From Microcystis aeruginosa NIES-2549 (GTDB lineage Bacteria; Cyanobacteriota; Cyanobacteriia; Cyanobacteriales; Microcystaceae), in contig NZ_CP011304.1 of the NCBI RefSeq assembly GCF_000981785.2, forward strand, positions 2,100,001 to 2,132,000: a stretch of DNA of 32,000 nucleotides, in the 5' to 3' direction. The position numbers and the translations under genes are program-made. The notes below the pieces were generated by a model. It saw only the letters and a program-made list of their open reading frames with translations, did no database searches and was not told the DNA's origin. Below are positions 1 to 8,541 of this stretch, one piece after another (within the stretch, counting starts at the first letter, position 1; every line of letters starts with the position of its first letter).

Positions 1-1
1 G

Positions 2-1114
2 GATTTAATCGTTAATCTTTCCGCTTCTCCCTACAGTGTCGGTAAGCAAAAATTGCGAGAATCTTTATTATCCCATAGTGCCACTAGATATAATTTACCG
101 ATAGTTTATGTCAATCAAGTGGGAGGTAATGATGATTTAATTTTTGATGGTGACAGCGTTGCTTTTAACCGACAAGGAGAAGTGATTTATCGCGCCCAGG
201 CATTTACTTCTAGCCTAGAATTGATCGAGTTTAATCAAGATTTGTTACCCGCAGTTATTCATCCTTTACCCGTCGATGAAGATGAGGAAATTTATCGAGC
301 TTTAGTCTTAGGAGTGCGAGATTATGTGCAGAAATGCGGTTTTAAACGGGTAATTTTTGGCTTGAGTGGTGGCATTGATTCCAGTTTAGTTGCCGCTATT
401 GCCAGCGACGCATTAGGTAAAGAAAATGTTCTCGCTGTGATGATGCCTTCTCCCTATAGTTCCGACCATTCCATTAGCGATGCAGTGGCTTTAGTTAATA
501 ATTTAGGTATCAAAAGTGAGAAGTTAGCAATTCAAGAAATTATGACCGCTTATGATCAACTTTTAGATGGTCTTTTCGCTGGGACTGATTTCGGTATTGC
601 CGAAGAAAATCTTCAGTCACGCATTCGCGGTAATTTATTAATGGCTCTCTCTAATAAATTCGGTCATTTACTATTATCCACTGGCAATAAATCAGAAATG
701 GCGGTGGGATATTGCACCCTTTACGGTGATATGAATGGTGGTTTAGCAGTGATTGCTGATGTGCCGAAAACCCGCGTTTATTCCCTCTGTCGCTGGTTAA
801 ATCGGCACGGGGAAATTATTCCCCTTAATGTGATTAATAAAGCTCCTAGTGCTGAATTAAAACCCAATCAGAAGGATCAAGATTCTTTACCTCCCTACGA
901 GATTTTAGATGCTATTTTAGCACTATTAATCGATCGCCATCAATCCGCCGAACAAATTATCGCCGCCGGCTTTGAGGCTGAAATTGTGCAGAAAGTGATT
1001 AAATTAGTTAAAAATGCCGAATTTAAGCGCAAACAAGCTCCCCCGGTCCTAAAAATTAGCGATCGCGCTTTTGGCACTGGTTGGCGAATGCCTATCGCTA
1101 GTCGCTGGGGTTAG
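2..1114 (+). CDS. nadE: Glutamine-dependent NAD+ synthetase, C-terminal part (5' end outside the window)
   Basis: The frame is open from base 2, so the tracked TTG at 53 is not the real start. It has the PP-loop ATP-pyrophosphatase motif 'GLSGGIDSS' and the typical NadE C-terminus ('KRKQAPPVLKIS..AFG.GWRMPIA'). The first residues ('DLIVNLSASPY') fit the end of the CN-hydrolase domain. Confidence 0.9.
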   Translation, partial: DLIVNLSASPYSVGKQKLRESLLSHSATRYNLPIVYVNQVGGNDDLIFDGDSVAFNRQGEVIYRAQAFTSSLELIEFNQDLLPAVIHPLPVDEDEEIYRALVLGVRDYVQKCGFKRVIFGLSGGIDSSLVAAIASDALGKENVLAVMMPSPYSSDHSISDAVALVNNLGIKSEKLAIQEIMTAYDQLLDGLFAGTDFGIAEENLQSRIRGNLLMALSNKFGHLLLSTGNKSEMAVGYCTLYGDMNGGLAVIADVPKTRVYSLCRWLNRHGEIIPLNVINKAPSAELKPNQKDQDSLPPYEILDAILALLIDRHQSAEQIIAAGFEAEIVQKVIKLVKNAEFKRKQAPPVLKISDRAFGTGWRMPIASRWG

Positions 1115-1124
1115 GGGGGTTTTT

Positions 1125-1496
1125 CAGTTATCAGTTATCAGTATTAAATAGCAGTTTTCTACGGGTGTATCTCGTTTTTGTAAATCTACGAAGTTGGGAT
1201 TTTTAAGGGGAAACTCTCTTTTAAAATTGGGCGTTACTTTCGATTTTATCACTCAATCCAAGCTTTTGGGGGGTTCTACCCCCCAAACCCCCCGTTGGGG
1301 GCGTGGCGCCGCCCCCAAACCCCCCGCGCATTAGTTTTTCGGTGGGATGCTTACACGCGATTGTTCATATTTTTGTACTAATTTAAGAGTCACTGATAAT
1401 TGCTGATTGTCGGTATTTCTGCAAATGTGAGATGCACCCGTTTGCCACTGTCTTTTCACTGATTACTGTTTACTGTTTACTGATTACTGTTCACTG
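1125..1496. repeat. Composite intergenic element bounded by inverted heptamer arrays, with internal G6/C6 hairpins
   Basis: (CAGTTAT)n lies at 1125-1144 and the complementary-type array (cactgat tactgtt tactgtt tactgat tactgtt cactg) at 1457-1496. G/C-run hairpins and direct repeats occupy 1268-1326 ('ggggggttctacccccc', 'gggggcgtggcgccgccccc', and 'cccccaaaccccccg' twice). It shares 'cagtattaaatag' (1139-1151 vs 3002-3014) and 'ctgtcttttcactg' (1448-1461 vs 3086-3099) with the element at 2871-3150. Confidence 0.8.
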
Positions 1497-2504
1497 AAAG
1501 GGGTATTCGTGAGAGAGGAAGGGTAAAGGGATTAATTCTCCTGTTGCCTCGCCGATTTGTACTTTCAAACCCTCTCCTCCCGCTTTTGTTTTCACATAAC
1601 CCAAGCCAAAATCCTCCAGCACACTGGTGAGTAAACCGACTTTTTGCGCTTCTAAAATAATCGGGGTATTGCTGGGGACGGGTTGGCTAAGTTTTATGCC
1701 CCAAAGTCTTTGTTTTACGCCTTTATAGGTGTTGAGACGGGCGATAGTTTCTTGACCAATATAACAGCCCTTATCAAAGACAATCGCTCGCCATAAACCG
1801 GCCTCTAAAGGGTTATAATCTTCAGTTAATTCTCGATCGACTGCCGGTCGGCCCTGATGGATTCTCAGGTATTCCCACACCTGCTCATCTGCGGGAGTAA
1901 CGCCATTTTTTATTAAATTTTCCCAGAGGGGACCGGCTTCGGTGGCGGCAACGATTAAAGTATATCCGGGCAGATCTAAGCCGGTGCCGACGGCTACTCT
2001 CAGGGCGGGTTGAGAAAGGAGATAATGACTATGCTGCACCCCCGTTAAAATCTGCTCTGGAATGGCGATTTTTTGCAGGTATTGCCCGCTTTCAGTACCG
2101 ATTAGGGTGACAATGCCAAAATTATCGGTTAAGTCGCTAATTTCCACCTTATCGAAGGGGAAAATATAGCGATCAATCAATTCCAGTAAAAATTGACGAC
2201 GTTGGGGAGAAACGAGGATGAGGAGGGAATCATCGCCAGCGTAAACTGTGACAAAATCGAGGGTACGACCAGTAGAGTTAAGGAAAATTGTCTCACAACC
2301 CTGACCCGGTTTCAGGCGATCAATCGCGTTACTGGTTTGATTGTGGAGAAAACGCAGTCGGTCCTGGCCTTTTAATTCTAATAAACCCCAATCGGAGCGA
2401 TCGATTAAAATTGTTTGGGATGCTAAACTTTGGGGATCATTGTGGTAATCTTTCAGAAAATTAGCGGCATACTCTGCCTTGATCGTTTCTAAATCTGCTT
2501 TCAT
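1491..2504 (-). CDS. ygfZ: YgfZ/GcvT-family folate-binding protein (aminomethyltransferase fold)
   Basis: 337 aa with the YgfZ signature 'KGCYIGQE' ('FDKGCYIGQETIARL') and a GcvT-like N-terminal region. Its start overlaps the stop of the upstream ORF by 4 nt (2501-2504). Confidence 0.75.
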   Translation of the reverse strand: MKADLETIKAEYAANFLKDYHNDPQSLASQTILIDRSDWGLLELKGQDRLRFLHNQTSNAIDRLKPGQGCETIFLNSTGRTLDFVTVYAGDDSLLILVSPQRRQFLLELIDRYIFPFDKVEISDLTDNFGIVTLIGTESGQYLQKIAIPEQILTGVQHSHYLLSQPALRVAVGTGLDLPGYTLIVAATEAGPLWENLIKNGVTPADEQVWEYLRIHQGRPAVDRELTEDYNPLEAGLWRAIVFDKGCYIGQETIARLNTYKGVKQRLWGIKLSQPVPSNTPIILEAQKVGLLTSVLEDFGLGYVKTKAGGEGLKVQIGEATGELIPLPFLSHEYPFQ

Positions 2505-2869
2505 GGAGGTAAATTAGCGAATAATTGCTTAATAATGCGCTCGGTTTTCGTTTCCAAACTCTGCCAATCTAGTTCACCGGTGGGATCGAGGAGACTGGTA
2601 TCGATGGTGACGCTCTCTCCTTCATCGGTGGGATAATCGAGAAAACAGACTTGAAAACAAAGTTCCCAAATATTTACAGTAACGGAGCGATCGAGATAAG
2701 TCAAACAGAGCAGATAACTGGGATAGGGATCTTGAATTTCTGTATAAGTTCCTTTCCAGAGGGAATTTTCTAACTGTTTACGCAGATTATCCAGCACCCG
2801 AATAAATGCCGGCTGCATTAATAATTGTGCCTGTTCCCAAGCGGTAATATCTTTAAATTTTGGATTCAT
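2501..2869 (-). CDS. Hypothetical protein (122 aa), probably translationally coupled to ygfZ
   Basis: A clean ORF with a 4-nt overlap with the downstream ygfZ start. I recognise no motif in it. Confidence 0.55.
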   Translation of the reverse strand: MNPKFKDITAWEQAQLLMQPAFIRVLDNLRKQLENSLWKGTYTEIQDPYPSYLLCLTYLDRSVTVNIWELCFQVCFLDYPTDEGESVTIDTSLLDPTGELDWQSLETKTERIIKQLFANLPP

Positions 2870-2870
2870 C

Positions 2871-3150
2871 TTATCAGTTATCAGTGATCAGTTATCAGTT
2901 ATCAGTGATCAGATTTGAGGATTAAGTGGGGGGATCCCCCCTGCCCCCCTTGATAAGGGGGGATCTGACAATTTTTAACACCCACCTACTTATTAAGTGA
3001 GCAGTATTAAATAGACAAAGACATACATTTCAGCCCTAGAACTATTTTGTTTCACTCTTGGAGATGTCTAATGGCATTAACAGTGCTGTCTTTTCACTGT
3101 TCACTGTTTACTGTTCACTGGTTACTGATAACTGATAACTGATAACTGAT
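2871..3150. repeat. Second copy of the element family bounded by heptamer arrays
   Basis: Six heptamers (TTATCAG/TGATCAG) lie at 2871-2912 and eight heptamers of the complementary type (cactgtt...aactgat) at 3095-3150, directly abutting the gap stop codon. Internally it has the palindrome GGGGGGATCCCCCC (2928-2941) and the hairpin CCCCCC-ttgataa-GGGGGG (2944-2962). Confidence 0.8.
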
Positions 3151-4215
<1,065 letters not shown>

Positions 4216-4604
4216 TTAGGCACGATCAAGAAAAAACAATCCGAGAATTGATTAGCCTGTAGAGAATCACTATATATGCTAATCAGCTTTTATCGATCGC
4301 TAGATGAAGTATAGAAAGATTTTAAGTTTCAGTGCTTCCAAGATAAAAAATCATCAATTTGCCACCCTAGTCGTCCCGTCGTCCCCGCCACCGGCATCAA
4401 GAAAACCTGATGTTAGCCCTTGCCGACCAACGAGAATCTGATTATATAGCCTTTTGGGAAAAGTTGACATTAAAAAATCATTAAAAGCTTTCTGAGAATT
4501 TGTGCATCCCTAAGTTAAGAAGATATTAATATGCCTTTAAAAGCCATTTAAAAAACCCCGCCAGACTGACATCAATTACCCAAGCCATATCAGTAAAATA
4601 TAGC

Positions 4605-4839
4605 TTATTTTAATAGTTTTTTACGAACCAAAAGGTTAGAATCCTGATTATAGTTTGAAAACCGACCGAGGGTTAATAGATGTTCCCCCTCGATAATCTG
4701 GAGAAATTGTCTATCAACTCTCTTAATCTTATCCCTGATATTCGAGAAATATTCATGGTATTCGCACCAGAAATATCCTTGACAGAGCAAAATACTCTTT
4801 AGTTTTCACGCTATCATGATAAATATCTTTGGCCAGCAT
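4605..4839 (-). pseudogene. Possible degenerate XisH-like remnant
   Basis: The minus-strand ATG at 4839 gives 'MLAKDIYHDSVKT', which matches the characteristic XisH N-terminus (MPAKDI[FY]HD.VK). The frame then collapses after about 28 codons. The 61-aa ORF at 4605-4790 retains a weak 'TLGRFSNY' resemblance to XisH 'ALGQFLNY'. Confidence 0.3.
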
Positions 4840-4850
4840 TTTTATTATAT

Positions 4851-4879
4851 CAGTTTTTTCCACTGTTCACTGTTCACTG
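4851..4879. repeat. Short heptamer array (cactgtt cactgtt cactg) 3' of the R-M gene
   Basis: It uses the same heptamer family as 1457-1496 and 3095-3150 and lies 30 nt downstream of the stop at 4910. Confidence 0.7.
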
Positions 4880-4909
4880 AATAAAAGGCACACAAGCAAG
4901 TATTTTTGG

Positions 4910-7663
4910 TTATTGATAATTTTTTCTTCTCGTGGCTTTTTGTTTGCTGGTAGGGAGTAAAGGGGCGGTTAATTTTTCATAGAGTTCAAAGAGGTATTCA
5001 ATCCGATTTAATTCACTGGTAAAGAGTTGGGGACGATAACACAAATCAACGGCTTTGTCAAGTTTTTGGTGAGCTTTGAGCAAGTCGGGAGGCATGGTTA
5101 AATGATCGTATAAATCCGCAAGGCTACTATCAGGATATTTTGCCCTAGTATCTAGCACAGCTTGAGCGCAAGTTTCGACGGTTTGTTTTTGTTTGTCGGT
5201 GATATTTTCTGGAAAGGGAAAATTATTATAAACGATGGTGTTTGAATAACGGTAATCACTTTTTAATCTTCCGCAAACATATTTAACCCATGCCATGTGC
5301 ATCTCTGAAGTAAGAATACCAAATAAAGATAAATCAGCATTGGCAACAAAGAGACAACTATCACTAGCAATATAATCTGGACTAAAGAAACCTATTGGAA
5401 TATATTTTCTTCTTTCAGATGAGACACGGGGAACAAGTAAATAATTAGTATCAGGTTGTCTATTTTCTCCAAAAAGAGTTGGGAATTTAGATAATTCTTG
5501 AGTGGTTTTTCGATTGCTTTCACTTCGCACTTTTCTAACTTCTTCAACTCTTCTATAAATTTCTTTTGACTTCTTTAATTCTTGAGGTTGAATATCAGCA
5601 AGCCAAAGACAATAACGAGAATAACCATTAATAAATTCTTGCGCTCCTGTATAGCGTCTTATCCATTTATCAGCATCAGGTTCATTTTTAACTAATTCTT
5701 CTTTTTCAGATTGTAAAAGAATAAGATGCCCACCATCATTTGGCATACTTCCAAAGTTTATTTCTGGAACAGATGAAATGGTTTTTCTTCTACTTAAAAT
5801 TACTAAGTCATTACCCTCAACTAGGTAAGGATTAATATTTTTAACCTTTCTTTCTGTCGGTTCTCCTTTAATATCAGCATAATCAAAAATACGTTTATTG
5901 TCAATATCTTCTAGCCCAAAACCAATAATAACACAATGAACTGCGGCGTTTCCTTTTGCTTCATTGCTCCAGCTAAAAGTTCGATGGGCAAAATGAATTT
6001 TTATTTTATATTTTTGATAAAGTTCTTGCCAAATAATCCCAACTTGTTCACCCTGAGAAATAGAATTTGTACTAACTAAAGCGCAACGAATTAAACTATT
6101 TTGAATAAATTCAGCCGCTTTAATATACCATGCCGTCACATAATCTAAAACACCTGCTCCTTTAATGTCCCCTAAAACATGATTCATGTCAGCCTTTTGG
6201 TCGGCATTTTGTAACTGTTTCCCCACAAAAGGAGGATTTCCTAAAATAAAATTGAGCTTCTCTTTTGATATAACTTCCTCCCAATCAATCCGCAAGGCAT
6301 TTCCATTAACAATCTTTGCCGCTTTCTTTAATGGTAAACGCACAAAATACTGACCAAAAGTATTACTAACTTTAATATTCATCTGATGATCAATTAACCC
6401 CATCGCCACCTCTGCCACCCTCACCGCAAACTCATCGTATTCAATACCCGCAAACTGATTAACATCTACCTGAATAATAGCACTAATATCTGTTACTAAC
6501 TGCCCCGTTTTATCTAACTCCTGTAATACCAAAATCTCTAAATCGCGTAACTCCCGATAGGTAATAATTAAAAAGTTGCCGCAACCACAGGCAGGATCAA
6601 GAAAATATAAATTAGCAATCTTTTTGTGAAATTCTAGTAATTTATTGCGATGGCCTTTAATCTTCTCAAATTCTCTGTGTAAATCATCTAAAAATAACGG
6701 TTTAATCACCTTTTGAATGTTCTTCTCGGAGGTATAATGCGCCCCTAAATTGCGTCGCTCTTTTGGATTCATTACCGCTTGAAACATAGAGCCAAAAATA
6801 GCAGGGGAAATTTTTCCCCAATCAAAAGCACAAGCTTCTAATAACATGACTCTCATCTTGCTATCAAAAGCCGCTAAGGGTAATGACTCCTCAAATAACT
6901 TGCCATTTATGTAGGGAAATTGAGTTAAATTCTCATCGATATTTTTTAATCGTTTTTCTTCTGGTGTATTCAAAACCTGAAAAATAGAAGCGATGTGCAT
7001 CGCCAAATCACTGCCATCTTCTTTGGTATGTATATCAATATATTCCCAGAAAATCCCCTGATTAAAAATACCCGTATCATCGGCAAATAAACAAAATAAT
7101 AAACGCACTAGATAAACTTCTAAATCATGCCCCATATAACCAATTTCTTTGAGGCAATCATGAAGTTTTCCCATTAACTCGGCTGCTTGAATATTGACGG
7201 AATCTTCGTCTTTATAAACTCGCTTTTCGTAACCAGCAATAAAATCAAATAAATGAACATTATCAACAAAATTACTTAATTCAAATTCCCATTGATTGCC
7301 CGAATCTAAATCATATAATTTAAACCGTTGAAAATCCGAGACTAAAATATAACGCGGTAACTCATGTTCCTTTAAATTGGGAAAATAATCCTTAGCCTGT
7401 TGTGGGGCTTTTTCTAAATCTTTACCCTTCGATTTATGCTCAACTAAAATCGTTCCTTTCCAGAGTAAATCAATAAAACCCTGTTTATTATCGGCTTTTT
7501 TTATCGGTTGCTCAAAACTGGCTACCCTACGCCGTGAAATGCCAAAGACATGAAAAAACTCATTCCAAAAAGACTGAGATTCTGCCTTTTCTGAAGTCTC
7601 TCCTTGCCACTCTTTTTGAAAAGCGATGGCGCGATTTTTAATTTCATTCCAACTTAAAGGCAT
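4910..7663 (-). CDS. MmeI-family Type IIL restriction-modification enzyme (fused endonuclease, N6-adenine methyltransferase and specificity domain)
   Basis: The 917-aa ORF is colinear with MmeI (919 aa) as I recall that sequence. Shared features are the N-terminus 'LSWNEI', the nuclease motif D65-x9-E75-x-K77 ('IDLLWKGTILVEHKSKGK'), 'YLVRLLFCLFA.D', 'NGKLFEE', SAM motif I 'FLDPACGCGNFL', motif IV 'NPPFVGK', and 'LKAHQKLDKAVD' near the C-terminus. Confidence 0.85.
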   Translation of the reverse strand: MPLSWNEIKNRAIAFQKEWQGETSEKAESQSFWNEFFHVFGISRRRVASFEQPIKKADNKQGFIDLLWKGTILVEHKSKGKDLEKAPQQAKDYFPNLKEHELPRYILVSDFQRFKLYDLDSGNQWEFELSNFVDNVHLFDFIAGYEKRVYKDEDSVNIQAAELMGKLHDCLKEIGYMGHDLEVYLVRLLFCLFADDTGIFNQGIFWEYIDIHTKEDGSDLAMHIASIFQVLNTPEEKRLKNIDENLTQFPYINGKLFEESLPLAAFDSKMRVMLLEACAFDWGKISPAIFGSMFQAVMNPKERRNLGAHYTSEKNIQKVIKPLFLDDLHREFEKIKGHRNKLLEFHKKIANLYFLDPACGCGNFLIITYRELRDLEILVLQELDKTGQLVTDISAIIQVDVNQFAGIEYDEFAVRVAEVAMGLIDHQMNIKVSNTFGQYFVRLPLKKAAKIVNGNALRIDWEEVISKEKLNFILGNPPFVGKQLQNADQKADMNHVLGDIKGAGVLDYVTAWYIKAAEFIQNSLIRCALVSTNSISQGEQVGIIWQELYQKYKIKIHFAHRTFSWSNEAKGNAAVHCVIIGFGLEDIDNKRIFDYADIKGEPTERKVKNINPYLVEGNDLVILSRRKTISSVPEINFGSMPNDGGHLILLQSEKEELVKNEPDADKWIRRYTGAQEFINGYSRYCLWLADIQPQELKKSKEIYRRVEEVRKVRSESNRKTTQELSKFPTLFGENRQPDTNYLLVPRVSSERRKYIPIGFFSPDYIASDSCLFVANADLSLFGILTSEMHMAWVKYVCGRLKSDYRYSNTIVYNNFPFPENITDKQKQTVETCAQAVLDTRAKYPDSSLADLYDHLTMPPDLLKAHQKLDKAVDLCYRPQLFTSELNRIEYLFELYEKLTAPLLPTSKQKATRRKNYQ

Positions 7664-7675
7664 GGTTTTAATTCC

Positions 7676-7707
7676 TTCCCTACCCCCCTACGAGTCGGGG
7701 TAGGGAA
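7676..7707 (-). terminator. Perfect 11-bp stem-loop between the secreted-protein gene and the R-M gene
   Basis: 'ttccctacccc' (7676-7686) pairs perfectly with 'ggggtagggaa' (7697-7707) around a 10-nt loop. It sits 29 nt downstream of the stop at 7736. No U-run follows on the minus strand, so terminator function is uncertain. Confidence 0.4.
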
Positions 7708-7735
7708 TCTGGCACATTCGTTGAAATAATCTTGA

Positions 7736-8317
7736 TTAAAGTCTCTGGTCTTGATTTTGGGGATAACTGGGGAATAGATCTCTGGGGAAATCCTCGGCAC
7801 TTAAACAGGTTTGTAAAGCTTGGGAGGGATTATTTTTGTCCACATCACGACTGACAGCGATAACGCACTCGGAAAAGCGACCGGGTAATAAACTTTGACG
7901 ACAGGAATCTAAAATCTGTTTAGAAATCCCTAATTTATCGGGTTCCTTGGCTGTTTCTGTTTGTTTGGAGGAATTAGCGGCAAACAAGGGGGCAGCGCGA
8001 TGGATATCGACCACACAATTCCCTAGGTCGATGGGACGACGCACTTGAAAACAAGCTTGCAGAGCCAGATTACCATCGATCGGGGTTTTGGATTTAATCA
8101 TCACCACACACCGGGATAATTCTTTAGGAATTAATGCTTCTGAACAAGCGGTGGCGGCATCTTCGGGACTCACTCCCGTGCGGACAATCTGACTGATACA
8201 GGCGCTAAATTGATTATTTTTGCCAAATGCGATCGCTGTTCGGTTCATTTCTACTAAGCCAAGGGAAATAGCAGCGATCGCGCTCCAACTAGCAATTTTT
8301 TTAATATGGTTTTTCAT
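7736..8317 (-). CDS. Secreted Cys-repeat protein of unknown function
   Basis: It has an N-terminal signal-like segment ('KKIASWSAIAAISLGLV') and three internal C-x11-C-V-[VI] repeats: 'CSEALIPKELSRCVV', 'CFQVRRPIDLGNCVV' and 'CRQSLLPGRFSECVI'. Confidence 0.6.
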   Translation of the reverse strand: MKNHIKKIASWSAIAAISLGLVEMNRTAIAFGKNNQFSACISQIVRTGVSPEDAATACSEALIPKELSRCVVMIKSKTPIDGNLALQACFQVRRPIDLGNCVVDIHRAAPLFAANSSKQTETAKEPDKLGISKQILDSCRQSLLPGRFSECVIAVSRDVDKNNPSQALQTCLSAEDFPRDLFPSYPQNQDQRL

Positions 8318-8413
8318 TGTTTGCTCACACCCAAGATTTTAAGGCTAACTCGCCACGATCTTAACAGATTCACGGGGAACAGGGAACACAGAGAAGGGGG
8401 AATGGGGAATGGG

Positions 8414-8441
8414 GTAGGGTTGATTCATGAATCAACCCTAC
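8414..8441. repeat. 28-bp perfect palindrome followed by a direct half-repeat
   Basis: 'gtagggttgattca|tgaatcaaccctac' is exactly self-complementary (14+14). 'gaatcaacccta' recurs at 8445-8456. It is flanked by G-run (8396-8419) and C-run (about 8498-8531) tracts. Confidence 0.9.
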
Positions 8442-8541
8442 CTTGAATCAACCCTAGGGAGATGGGGGGATAGGGAATGGGGAAATTCAACTAATACCCC
8501 AAAACCCTAAAACCCCAACCCCCAACACCCAAGGACCAAAA

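Noticed and set aside
2193-2375. 60-aa plus-strand ORF inside ygfZ
   Set aside because: It is antisense to a well-supported CDS and has no start context or motifs.
1125-3150. Heptamer arrays as CRISPR or as coding repeats
   Set aside because: The units are 7 bp with no spacers and lie outside ORFs, so they do not fit CRISPR architecture.
4910-7663. The methyltransferase as the PglX component of a BREX system
   Set aside because: It has the MmeI-type N-terminal D-x9-E-x-K nuclease motif and MmeI length and colinearity. No brxA, brxB, brxC, pglZ or brxL-like genes flank it, and its neighbours are gap and a small secreted protein.
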